Assembly (NCBI GenBank): GCA_965205675.1
Contig: OZ242186.1
Location: forward strand, 1,344,001 to 1,408,000
Length of the DNA: 64,000 nucleotides
Source of the DNA: Nitrosopumilus sp.
GTDB lineage: Archaea > Thermoproteota > Nitrososphaeria > Nitrososphaerales > Nitrosopumilaceae
Direction: 5' to 3'
The position numbers and the translations under genes are program-made. The notes under the pieces are model-generated. The model saw only the letters and a list, made by a program, of their open reading frames with translations. It did no database searches and was not told the DNA's origin. This document shows positions 37,342 to 49,200 of this stretch, piece after piece. Numbering within the stretch: position 1 is the stretch's first letter; every line of letters starts with the position of its first letter.

Positions 37342-37749
37342 TTGGCTGTCGGAACAGAACTGTTATGCAGCATCTTTGATGTGCTGGCATACAACAACTC
37401 TAGACAAAAGATTCTCAGACGTCTGTACTGCGAGTCAGGACAGCCTGCACGAAAAGCACACAGATTCGTCTCAGAATCCACAAGAAAAAGCCTGGAGCAG
37501 ATAATCCCAAAATGCAAGACCTGCAAGCATTCAAAGCTAAGGCATCTCACCATGGTGTTGACATTTGAGGAGCTGGCAAGTCTCAAAGAGTCAGAACTGC
37601 TCAGAGAGCTGTACATTCAGATTGGCGGTCCTGCAAGAGTCGCATACAATCTATGCAATGCCAAAACACAAAAATCAATCCAGAAACTCGGGATTGACAC
37701 AGTGAAAGGAAAAACACTAAAAAAACCAAAATTTAGGGAATCCCCCTGA
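37342..37749 (+). CDS. Hypothetical protein (5' end possibly degraded)
   Basis: 135-aa ORF at the end of the array. Confidence 0.4.
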   Translation: MAVGTELLCSIFDVLAYNNSRQKILRRLYCESGQPARKAHRFVSESTRKSLEQIIPKCKTCKHSKLRHLTMVLTFEELASLKESELLRELYIQIGGPARVAYNLCNAKTQKSIQKLGIDTVKGKTLKKPKFRESP

Positions 37750-38132
37750 AGATTCAATATATCTGAAATGATCCTCATACTGAGGTGTTAGATATTATTG
37801 ATGCTCAATTGTACCGTTCCGCAGGAACTATACAATTGGGTTGGCTCTGTCCAACTGGGCATTGCCGAAACCACAAAACGTCTCATCTCAAAAAGAGATG
37901 ATTCTATACAGTACTGTACTATATACAATACTATGTACGATGCTATGAATTGTGGTTGGGGAAAAACAAATAATTCAAATAAAACATCTCATCCCTCATT
38001 CAAAGATGAATCTTTGATGTGCGTATGCAAGACATACAGGCTATGTTCTGATGAATACGTCTCATAATGTATTTGGCGAAAACCAATCATAGGTGTATCC
38101 TGCAATTGGGCAATCATTTGTTGTTGTGGCGT

Positions 38133-38423
38133 TAGCTGGAAACTATAGCTGGAAACTATAGCTGGAAACTATAGCTGGAAACTATAGCTGGAAACTATAG
38201 CTGGAAACTATAGCTGGAAACTATAGCTGGAAACTATAGCTGGAAACTATAGCTGGAAACTATAGCTGGAAACTATAGCTGGAAACTATAGCTGGAAACT
38301 ATAGCTGGAAACTATAGCTGGAAACTATAGCTGGAAACTATAGCTGGAAACTATAGCTGGAAACTATAGCTGGAAACTATAGCTGGAAACTATAGCTGGA
38401 AACTATAGCTGGAAACTATAGCT
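38133..38423. repeat. Perfect 13-bp tandem repeat (TAGCTGGAAACTA), about 22 copies
   Basis: Direct reading. Confidence 0.95.
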
Positions 38424-38896
38424 AAAGATTGTATTCCCAGTAGATTCTAAATGTTATTTATGGGATATTCCAAATAATGAATCATCTTTGTGAAGAGAGT
38501 GGCCCAGACCTATAGTAACAGTCGCCTCTTCTGAAGAGAGAAATTAACAATATACAATGAATAATTCTCTCAATCTTTACATCATTTCAAATCACCATCT
38601 AAAACCCACATATATCACATGAAACTATATTGGTAATGTCACTGGCTAGATTAGGGAAATATCCAATACCCTCAAACAGATTTTACATTGTATTGTCATG
38701 GTTATTTGATGCCAGTGGCAAATGACTCTAAAAAATAACTTGTACCAAACGTTTGGTAAAAGTTACAGCCAAAGAAGGACGATGATGATTTCTGCCCTTT
38801 AAATTCAAAATTTCATTAGTTTTTGCATGAATCATCTAACTGTAATTATTGCCATTCATAGTATCTTTTTATCTAATCATCCTCTGAATTTGAGGG

Positions 38897-39472
38897 ATGA
38901 CATACATGATTAACATAATTACCCGAATTGCATTTTTTATAGCATCTTTTTTCCCTCTTTGGGGAATAATGCTGTACCTCATAATTGCCAAATACGGACA
39001 TGATGGGTTCCTCATATTTGTTTATGCTGCAATAATTATGGTAATTATTCTATGCATATCTCATGTCAAAACAGACATCAGAGATACCAAGAGAACTGCA
39101 GACAATCCAAAAAACATATGCATCTGTGGAAAAACTGAGACAACTAGAGAATATGTTTTCTCAATAATCCCCTACATCATGGTGGCATCTTCTGCAGACA
39201 TGAACATAGAAAATATTATCGCACTTGTTGCAGTATTTGTAATAATAGGAATTTTATACATTAGAACAAACATGGTTCTTACAAATCCAATGCTACTTTT
39301 AATTGGATTTAGGGTTTTTGAGATCAAATATGCAGAAATAAACGATACCACCGATACTGAGAAAACGACATTATTACTCACAAAGAACGCACCTTGGAAC
39401 GGTCAGGATATGAGAATGGAGCAAGTGTATGATGGAATACATATGGAAAACAAGGAACCAAAATGTGATTAA
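38897..39472 (+). CDS. kwaA: KwaA-like membrane protein (Kiwa anti-phage system)
   Basis: Multi-TM with IIPY..LYIRTNMVLTNPMLLLIGFRVFEI motif; upstream of a ~330-codon soluble gene. Confidence 0.65.
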   Translation: MTYMINIITRIAFFIASFFPLWGIMLYLIIAKYGHDGFLIFVYAAIIMVIILCISHVKTDIRDTKRTADNPKNICICGKTETTREYVFSIIPYIMVASSADMNIENIIALVAVFVIIGILYIRTNMVLTNPMLLLIGFRVFEIKYAEINDTTDTEKTTLLLTKNAPWNGQDMRMEQVYDGIHMENKEPKCD

Positions 39473-39531
39473 ATGTTTTTATTGGTTCGGTCAGTTTGAT
39501 AATCCTTTTGTAAGATAAACCATCTCATACA

Positions 39532-40522
39532 ATGATGAAACCAGACGTTGCCAAATCAATATTTTTAAAAATTGCTAACAGTATTACTGATTCGTTAAAC
39601 ATAGAAATTATACATCATAACAAAGGGTACAAAACATAATCCTGAAAATAAGGTATTTCCAAACCATGTAAAAACAAAAAACGATGTAAAAAAAGTCATG
39701 AACGAATCAATTGTAAAGGATTTGTCTCAAAAATATAGCAATGTTGAGGAAGGAAAATTAAAACTGGGAGATCTGCTGGTCCATGACGTAGATAAGCAAG
39801 ATTATCTTTTCTTAGAAAAAAATAGCAACATGGCTCTAGGTAGTTTTGTAGATAAAATAATCAATAACAGTGTAGGAAGTTCAATAACGTCAACAAAAAA
39901 CATGCTCAAATCAAAAGGATTTTGTGCAAGATTGACTGGAACTAACATCGATGTCATGGCATTTAGCTCAATATCATACATCCAAGCAGAGGATACAGAA
40001 GGAATAACAACTAGGCTTGTCAATGATTTGCTTGAATACATCAGAGAGGACACAGTTGTATTCTCAGATCAAATCGATGCATTATACGTAGTTGAGTCTG
40101 AATTATTAATAATCTTTAATGAATCAAACATCAAAAAGATGTTGGGATTTGATGAATATTATAAAAAATTAAGCATTGATGCATTGTTAGAATTGGACTC
40201 GTTAGTTGAAACAAACAGGGGATTTTTAGAGAAAAATCTTGTAAATGTCTCTGTGATAGAAGATATAGTTCGCATAGTCAAAGGATCTAAATTTGAAAAG
40301 ACGATTGATAATTACAAAGAACATGATAGAATATTCAAAGCAAACAAAGATCTTGATCCAAAATTTACTGCAGTTGACATTACAGAAGATAACAGAATCA
40401 GACTGGATACAAAAAACAAATTACATACATTTGTAAGAATAAGCAAACGTAACATATTACAAGACCCATTAAATCTCAAAGATCTCTATGTTGTATTTGG
40501 TAAAAAATCCATGAACAAATAA
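39532..40522 (+). pseudogene. kwaB: KwaB (DUF4868)-like gene with a frameshift near 39625
   Basis: ATG at 39532 stops at 39639; removing one G of AAAGGGTAC joins it to ORF 39698..40522; ID....LIIFN..NIKKMLGFDEYYK resembles KwaB. Confidence 0.55.
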
Positions 40523-40599
40523 TGTGCTTACCGAGTCCAAAAAAACTAACAGCATTTTATTTTCTGCCCTTTAAATTCAAATTTTACTGGATATAATGC

Positions 40600-40995
40600 A
40601 TGCCAAAACTCCAGGTATTCTGTAAAACAAAAAAGGAAAACTATGGCATACAGCGACATGACTCGTATAATGTTGTAATCCCCTACAGAACAGCAGAAGA
40701 TATGCATGTACAAGACGGCATGGTATTGCACGCTACGGCATCAGAAAAAACTGGTACGATACGACTGCACAAAAAGGAATTAAAAGATTCCACTCCAGTC
40801 AAAATCAGGCAGAGGCTGACTAAAACATACAAGAATCAAAGATATCATTCCACAAAAGTTACCATCCCAGTACACATTGCAAGGGAATTGCACCTGCAAA
40901 AAAATGACGAACTAGACGTTGACTGCAGAGCTGATACCATAATCATAAAGTCAAGGACAAAAGACAAGAGAAGACCAAGGGCGACATACTCGTAA
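40600..40995 (+). CDS. Tandem AbrB/MazE/SpoVT DNA-binding protein
   Basis: VVIPYRTAEDMHVQDG and VTIPVHIARELHLQKNDEL. Confidence 0.7.
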   Translation: MPKLQVFCKTKKENYGIQRHDSYNVVIPYRTAEDMHVQDGMVLHATASEKTGTIRLHKKELKDSTPVKIRQRLTKTYKNQRYHSTKVTIPVHIARELHLQKNDELDVDCRADTIIIKSRTKDKRRPRATYS

Positions 40996-41068
40996 TTAGT
41001 CATCTGTGCAAAGTTACAACAGAGAATTCAGCAGGTATGCTTTTATGATATAGCAATATCAAAGTCGC

Positions 41069-42049
41069 ATGAAACTAGGCGCAGTCCTTGCAGGTACAAT
41101 ATTTGCATTTGTTTTGATTACAAGTGTTGCAATCCCTGCATATGCCGAATATCTCTCACCCAAAAAACAGCTAGAATCAGGAGTATTACCTGAAGATATA
41201 CAGTGTAAAAAAAACAAAATATTGGCAATTAGGGATAATGGTAAAATGGCCTGTGTCTCACCATCAACTGCAGAGAAAAAGCTCTGGAACATCATACAGA
41301 CAGAATTCATGCCAGAAATGATTCCATCAGAAAAAGACACTATCGATACTCCAATAGAATCTACAACCATCACACTAAATGTTGCATCTGATACAGAGTT
41401 TGCAGATGATAAACGAGAGATAAAACGATCCATACTACAACGAGCACCTGCACCATGGCCCATATATGATAAAATCATAAACAGTACCACAGGTTTGATA
41501 GTTCCAGGACCTAGCGGAGCATTAGGTATGCAAACAACTCCACACGAGAAATATTCTCTAAATCACAAAGTTGGACTATATCTAGAAGACTGGATGCCAA
41601 CACACATTCCAGAAGGTCAAAAATTGTTATATGCAGATACTGATTACAATGCTTTTGAGGTAAATGGAAGAGACTATGAGAGTCACAATGCAATTTACCA
41701 GTTTGTTCCAACGTCATTTGTTTTGAAACAAGGTGTGAACAGTCATGACTTGAAAGTGTCGCAAGGATTTACAGTCAATATAAAACACAGAACATTACCA
41801 TTTGATTCCGTAGAAGATGGTATTGAGTATCTTAAGGAAATTGATGAAATACAACCAGGTAGTTATGGCAGTTATCGCGATATGACTCGTGATGGGAAAA
41901 CAGTGTCGGCATATGAAGGAGGAAATCTTTACAATCATTATCAAGCAACAGTCTACTTTCAACCAGATGAAAATACTAGTATAGGTGTCCATTCATATTA
42001 TCACACACTGGATGAACTGATTCCCGTCTTTAACAGCATAATGAAATGA
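41069..42049 (+). CDS. Secreted Nitrosopumilus-type protein
   Basis: Signal peptide; SPKKQLESGVLPEDIQC..ACVSPSTAEK motif. Confidence 0.75.
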   Translation: MKLGAVLAGTIFAFVLITSVAIPAYAEYLSPKKQLESGVLPEDIQCKKNKILAIRDNGKMACVSPSTAEKKLWNIIQTEFMPEMIPSEKDTIDTPIESTTITLNVASDTEFADDKREIKRSILQRAPAPWPIYDKIINSTTGLIVPGPSGALGMQTTPHEKYSLNHKVGLYLEDWMPTHIPEGQKLLYADTDYNAFEVNGRDYESHNAIYQFVPTSFVLKQGVNSHDLKVSQGFTVNIKHRTLPFDSVEDGIEYLKEIDEIQPGSYGSYRDMTRDGKTVSAYEGGNLYNHYQATVYFQPDENTSIGVHSYYHTLDELIPVFNSIMK

Positions 42050-45009
42050 TGATCAGATTAGTAATTTTATCTGCAATTGTTTTTGCGTTGGGTGTGACAT
42101 CACTTGATCAGGATGCCTTTGGAATACTGGGATGCGATGATCCCCACTGCTATGCATTATCTCAATCAAGCAGATCCTCGCCTGTTGATGGCATCAGATA
42201 CACATTGGATTCTCCGGATTTGTACGTTGATAGAAATCAATGTGTCAACATTGCAGTTTCAACAGGTTGGCTAATTACAACAACAGGAGAATGGATAGAA
42301 AGCGGGGTTACAAAAGGCCATGTTGAAAATGTAGGATGCGTTACAAAATTGAGCACATATTATGCGTTTAATAATGTTGTAAACAACAATGATCGTTACC
42401 AAGAATACCTAGTACCAAACGGAAGAGTAGATCCTGGGGATGACATTGATGTTGAAATCAAGAGAGGAGAATTGCAGCCAAAAAGCTCAATCCAAATCTT
42501 TGTAACAACACCTGACTATTCCAGTCAATTTCCAACAGCACAAATCAGCATGAATCCTGAAAATACATACTATGCCGATTACGGAATAGAGGGAACAATT
42601 TCGGCCACCGATGAGTATTCGTCAATTCCAATGAGCAAGTTTACTGACATGAAGATAAGACAAAACGATTCATGGTTGAATTTGCCATCTAGTGCAACTG
42701 TGAGCACTTTGAACACAATTGATGCTCTTTATGTCACAAGTACTGCTGAAGGATATATCGGTAAGAAATGTGGAAACAACTCATTTATTGCAGGAACCGT
42801 ACTGTCCCTTGACTGCAACAACATAGCGACAAGAAACCAGATTCCAACTCCTGAAAATATCATAGTTAACACAAACACAAAGAGACCGTACACCATACCT
42901 CTAAACGCAGTAGACACAGACAAGGACTATCTCACATATAATTTGGTAGAGCACCCAACAAACGGAAAACTAAACCATACAAATAAAGCAAATGATTTGA
43001 TCAACACAGATGGTGACTCTTCTCAGTTCATCTACACGCCAGCTAGTTCCATTCCAGAGTCTGATAGTATCAGATATTCTGTAACTGATGGGAGATTTGG
43101 ACATACAAGGTAGGGACTAGTATCAATTACAGGCTCAACTGCAAGTAGGATACCTGATGGAATAGATGACTTTGCATATTCATTAACTGGCAATACAATC
43201 AACTTTACATGGAATCATCCAAGTGATGGCAATTCTGAAATTACACATTACCGTGTGGAGAGATCCAGGGATTCTATAGTATGGGCATTACATGGCATAT
43301 ATTCTGAAACCATAACCAGTTTGGATTATACCAGACAGCCAGGATACACACAATATTTTAGAATATTTGCATACAATGATGTTGGCGCATCTGCTGTATC
43401 AAATGTCATACAAGTACGCATTCCAGATACCACACCACCGGACATTACAATCCAAAGGCCAGATGATGACTCGACTGTATCTATCTATGATGTGTTAGTT
43501 TCCGGATCCATCTACGAATCAATGAGTTCAGGTATCAGTAAAATACAGATCAGAGTTGACGGAACACTTGATACTGCACCAATAAGTACTACTGTATTAT
43601 CAGCAGATACCCGCATAATCTTTGAATCAACACTGAGAGGACTCTCAAATGGTATCCATACCATTACAGTCTCTGCAGAAAATGATGATAATCTCAAGGG
43701 TACAGACAGTGTAACTATCACAGTTGATGCACCAATACCCCAGACTATCACATCCTTTTTAGATGACTTTGAGGGAACAATCTCAAACTGGAATCTATCT
43801 ACAGGTGATGATGAATACTGGAGTATCAGAGATTCTCCAATAGTTATGGTACCTGACTCTGCATCAGGAAATAAAGTGGCAGGAACTGAGGACTGTGACG
43901 ATGTATGTACCATGAGTATGGTTGATAATGTAGATCTAACACAGATGGAGTCGCCAACACTAAGCTTTTACAGGTTTGTTGGAACAGGCGCTGACATTAG
44001 AGACCAAGAGGGAATTGTATCATACGTCTCAACAAACGGAGGAGACACGTGGAGGATACTTGAGCGATTCACTGCCGATGAATCCGAAGATGACGGATTG
44101 TGGCACAAGGAAGAGTATGACCTGAGTGCATATTCTACCAGTACACAGTTTAAGGTAAGATTTGATGCAGTCTCAAGTAGCAACAGTGAGGATACTGAAC
44201 TTGATGATGTTGCCATTTATGATGCCAGTGCAGACATTACCCCGCCTGTAATTATTCCACCTGCAGATGTTACATTGGAAGCTACTGCAAAACTCACACC
44301 AATTAATGCAACCCAACTGGGCATGGCAACTGCGACAGATAATGTTGATGAAAACCCCACAGTTACAAATGACATACCATTATCATTTCCATTGGGCCAA
44401 AACACAATAACATACACAGCTACTGATAATGCTGGAAATACTGCAAATGCAACACAGTCCGTAATTGTTGCAGATACTATTCCACCGGTATTTTCCACAA
44501 TACAAAATCATACCATTACAGGAGACAGTCTAAGACTTCCACTAAACTATACGCACCCTGCTGCAACTGATGGTATAGATGGCACCATTGCAGTAACCTG
44601 CAATCCATCCAACCTGCCTGATATTGGCGCAAACAAAATCCACTGTATTGCAACTGATGACTCGGGCAACTCTGCTGAGACATCCTTTAAAATAACAGTT
44701 CCAGACAGTGTGATATTTGCACTGGAATCAATCACTACTGATTCGTGCAGTGTACAGGTTCAGCTTGGAACCACAGTAGAATTCTCACTTGAGCAATGCA
44801 ATTCAGAGTATGCTGGAGTAACATACAGCTCTATCCCACGCCACATGTATTACGGTTCAGTAGCAATATCTGATGATGGTACGACACTACTCATTACAGC
44901 ACCAGACTCTGCAGAGTCTCATTTACATACAGATGAATTTGGAGTAACAATTAATCATACGGCATACAACCAGCCAAGAGTCGATGTTGCAGTGATATAT
45001 TATGAATAG
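42046..45009 (+). pseudogene. Large secreted Ig-like/FN3/HYR protein split by an in-frame TAG at 43111-43113
   Basis: ORFs 42046..43113 and 43255..45009 are in the same frame; DTTPP/DTIPP HYR-like repeats. Confidence 0.7.
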
Positions 45010-45080
45010 TAATATCTCATAACCGTTTACACACAGCAAATACCAAAACTATCCAGAGAAGACTAAACCATACAACAATA

Positions 45081-45360
45081 CAGAGAGTACAGAGGATACA
45101 GAGAGAGTACAGAGAGAGTACAGAGAGAGTACAGAGAGAGTACAGAGAGAGTACAGAGAGAGTACAGAGAGAGTACAGAGAGAGTACAGAGAGAGTACAG
45201 AGAGAGTACAGAGAGAGTACAGAGAGAGTACAGAGAGAGTACAGAGAGAGTACAGAGAGAGTACAGAGGATACAGAAAGTACAGAGGATACAGAAAGTAC
45301 AGAGGATACAGAAAGTACAGAGTACAGAGATACAGAAAGTGTACAGAAAGTACAGAATCA
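45081..45360. repeat. 11-bp tandem repeat (GTACAGAGAGA), about 15 copies, grading into 18-bp variants
   Basis: Direct reading. Confidence 0.9.
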
Positions 45361-45401
45361 ATCAAACAGAATTAAATCAGAGGATACAGAAAGTACAGAA
45401 T

Positions 45402-45524
45402 CAAAGAACAACAAATCAAGACAAAAACACTGGTTCGTTCATTAATACTAGCTAAGATCATTCCAAAGAACAACAAATCAAGACAAAAACACTGGTTCGT
45501 TCATTAATACTAGCTAAGATCATT
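45402..45524. repeat. Tandem direct duplication of about 61 bp
   Basis: CAAAGAACAACAAATCAAGAC..GCTAAGATCATT occurs twice. Confidence 0.9.
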
Positions 45525-46276
45525 TATTGATCGCAAAAATATCATACCCGAAATTCATCACAGTCCGCAAATTCCTCATTTTTTCTGCTCCCGTCCAATT
45601 AACTTTAACCGTTTACTTTTTTTTCTCAAACTTTAATTTTCTGCACCCGTAACATTACTAACAGGACTGATAGTTCAAACATTCACAGAATACAAATTAA
45701 AATTAAAACTAAAACCACAATTAAAATTAACAGATTAAAATTCACACACAAATTTTAAATTAATTTAAAATTTCAGGACAAGCCCCCCTGCATTACAATT
45801 AATTTTTAAATTTGCAATTAATTTTTTGATTTTATGATAAAATTAATTTTTTCCAGGACTAGTCCCCCTTGCATTTAATTTTTAAATTTTAATTTTTTAA
45901 TTTTAGATAGAAATTGTATTTGCAGCATTTGAGAAACTAAACAGCTCAAAGTCTCATTTTTGTCTATTTTTAGGACACCCTCCCATCATGAGGAGCCCTT
46001 TTATACATCAATTCTCACAAAATCCCTTCTCTCTTTTACTGGAGTGACCAGGCAGCACTTTGATGTGATTCCATAAGATTAGAAATTAAATTCAATGAAA
46101 GATAAGATTTTGTCTGTAATTACGCAAGAGGTCTATTTATCTAGAAAAAAGAATATAAAAAAGACACTGTCGGGTTTGTATGTGCACATTAATATTAAAT
46201 TCTCACATAAAGTCCGAGTAAGCGAACGTAAGCTTACAACAACTTACAACAACTTACAACAACGAGGTTCATCTAA

Positions 46277-49200
46277 TTGGCCTCTCAAGAGGCACTGTTT
46301 GCCTCGATGGGGGTCAGCCTTGATGCAAAAAAAGAGATGCAACTTCATGACAAATGGCTCTGCTATAGTCTCAACCACCAAAACCCCTCAAGAGATATTC
46401 CAATCATACTGATTGTAAGAGGACCAAAAAATATTGCAGAGATAAAAAAACAGATAAAGAATATCAGAACATGTATCATATTTTTTGAAGAAAAAAATGT
46501 CTTATTTTTCAAATTATTAGATGAGAGTTATATAACAACTCTGGAAAATAATTCAGAATATCAACGAATTGCCTCAATTTTAAAATCAACTGACATGGCA
46601 AGCGCACAAGATGAATTTGATTTAGGACTTGCAATCAAAAAACTAATTGACAAAATCCCAAATGCAACAGGTGACTTTGTAAACAAGGGACTGTTTTCAA
46701 CTCATTATCTGCGCAACAGGATATTTACAGATACGCGACAAAATATAGATTCCAAGCTAGAGGACATAAAAGAAAAAATAGGAGATACAGAGCAATTACT
46801 TCAAGCATTAGGGTGGGATATTGCAAACTCTACTGGTGCATATTATGACAATACAGTCTCGATAACTATTACAGAACAAGATGATTTTAGCATTCGAGAA
46901 AATAAAAATGATGTTGCTCCAAGCTATGATGCAATCGCCACACTACGTAAATCCCAGTGGGCAATACTTACCAATGGTAAAAGATGGCGGCTTTATTCTG
47001 CTAAAATTTCTGCATCAAGTACGAATTATTTTGAGATATCCCTAGACCCTGCACAGGACAACATTACAAAGTATCTTATCATATTATTTGATGCATTATC
47101 ATTTGAAAAGATAGATGAGAAAACAGATGTTGATGTATTCTTTGAGGAAGGCAAAAACTATGCCAAAAATCTAGAAGAGAATCTTTCAGAGAAGATAATG
47201 AGTGCAGATGGATTATTCTTGGACATTGTAAAGGGTGTGCTTGAGCATGACATGAAAAAGACCTTTACATCTGATGAACTGGTATCTGCAAAACAGACAT
47301 CTCTGAAAATAATGTACCGTATTTGGTTTTTGGCATATGCTGAATCAAGAAATCTTCTGCCCATCAGAGATGGAAAATACAAGCCAATATCTCTACAATC
47401 AATCCGAAATCATCTTGATGCCTTTGAGCAAGAACCTGATGAGGATAAATGTTGGAATGCTTTGCTTGTTTTGTTTGACGGGATACGAAACGGAGACAAA
47501 GAACACAATCTTCCTCAATATAACGGAGATTTATTTCGTCGTGATCCTGCAATAGACGACGTATCAATCAAAAATGCATTTATCGTAAAGGCACTATATG
47601 GACTTTTGGAGAATGACGGAGAAGCAATAGACTATGCAGATTTTAGTGTCAGACATTTGGGAAACATCTTTGAGACATTAATGGAATTTAGTCCACGTCA
47701 GACAGACAAAGACATCATGCTACTTGAGGATTCAAAAGGAGTAAGAGAGATAAAAACCAAAAAAGATGCGACATACTCTTACAAGAAAAATGACTTGTAT
47801 TTGGCATCTAAAGGCGGCATTGCATCAAGAAAGACGTCTGCAAGCTTTTACACTCCAGATGAGATTGTAAAATTTCTAGTAAACCAAGGATTGACTCCAA
47901 TATTTGAGGAACGCGAAAAGCTAGTTGCAGATGACATACAGAGATATAAAAAAACTAAGAGTGCTGAGGATTTACAGACATGCATGAACAGAATACTTGA
48001 CATACAGGTGTTGGACCCATCAATGGGAAGTGGACACTTTCTTGTAGAGGTATTAAACAAAATTACACTCTGGGCAACAGACATTCTAAAACAGCACACA
48101 GAGCACCCCCTAATATCTGAAATAGAAGATGAAAGAAAAATTATTTTAAATGAACAGAAAACAAATGGTATCACAATAGATGAAAATCTTCTCACACTTG
48201 ATGTAATACTAAAGCGCAAAATAATGAAGCGCAGCATATTTGGCGTTGACTTGAATCCGATGGCAGTAGATTTGGCAAAGCTTTCCTTGTGGCTTGATTC
48301 CTTTGCAATCGGAGTTCCATTGACATACATGGACCATCATCTCAAACAGGGAGACTCTACAATTGGCTCGTTCTTAGACGAGTTAAAAGACCGGAAAAAC
48401 ACCACACTTGATGACTGGTCGCCTACTGCCCAATCAAACCAGATGATCTGTGATGTAATAACTAACTCTGATGTTACTGTAAAACAGGTTCATGCAAGCG
48501 AAGATCTATACCTTGAGCATAAAAAATCCCTAGAGCCTCTTAAACGAATTTTAGATGCTTTGACTGCATCAAAGATAGACTCCAAAATACTGCCAAAAAA
48601 AGGCAAGCTAGAGTTTATTCATAAATTTGGACATTATTCCCAGACAGAAGACAAAGAGTTTGCAGATGCCCGTAGCAAAGTAAACGAGTTGGCAAAACGC
48701 CATCATTTCTTTCACTGGGAGATAGAGATGATGGATGCATTTACTGATTCACGAAGTGGATTTGATCTGATTGTCGGAAATCCTCCATGGGATAAAGTAA
48801 AACCGGATGATGATGAATTTTTTACACAATTTGATCCTACATTCAAATCTCTAAGACCCAACACAAAAAAGCAACAAAGAAAAAACGAACTTCTTAAAAG
48901 TCTGAAAATTCTAAAAAAATATGAGGCATACAAAGAGCGATATAAAGAAAAAAATACATTTTATGCTGTATATGATCTTCAAGGTACAGGAGACAAGGAT
49001 TTATGGAAATTAGTCTTAGAATTAACCATTAAAATAATTTCAAAGAATGGAATAATCTCAATAGTTATTCCATCCCAGACTCTTTCAAATCCTGGAGCAA
49101 GGGAATTACGCAAAAATATTCTTCAAAAAAATATCATGTCTCTATATGTATTTGAGAATAAAAAAAAGATCTTTCCAATTCATTCAGCATATAGATTTGC

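Larger units (their letters stand above)
1..37749 (+). mobile_element. Repeat-delimited gene cassette array (15 cassettes), probably the accessory/early region of an integrated element; continues upstream of the window
   Basis: 15 copies of a ~140-bp element, each heading a short plus-strand operon; MGE-type cargo; duplicated and shuffled gene blocks. Confidence 0.75.

Noticed and set aside
326-37616. Numerous minus-strand ORFs in the array, some recurring (e.g. MYSSFCWTIIGSS, MDSNAARF)
   Set aside because: Antisense shadows of duplicated plus-strand genes and repeats, with no recognisable motifs.
1-37749. Diversity-generating retroelement or retron
   Set aside because: No reverse transcriptase is present, and differences between duplicated blocks do not appear adenine-specific.
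38133-38423. 13-bp repeat as a CRISPR array
   Set aside because: Contiguous units with no spacers.
43111-43113. In-frame TAG as pyrrolysine or recoding
   Set aside because: TAG is a normal stop for many genes here, no pyl genes are visible, and neighbouring genes also carry lesions.
45017-45365. Minus-strand ORFs with LCTLSVLSLYS repeats
   Set aside because: Artefacts of translating the 11-bp minisatellite.
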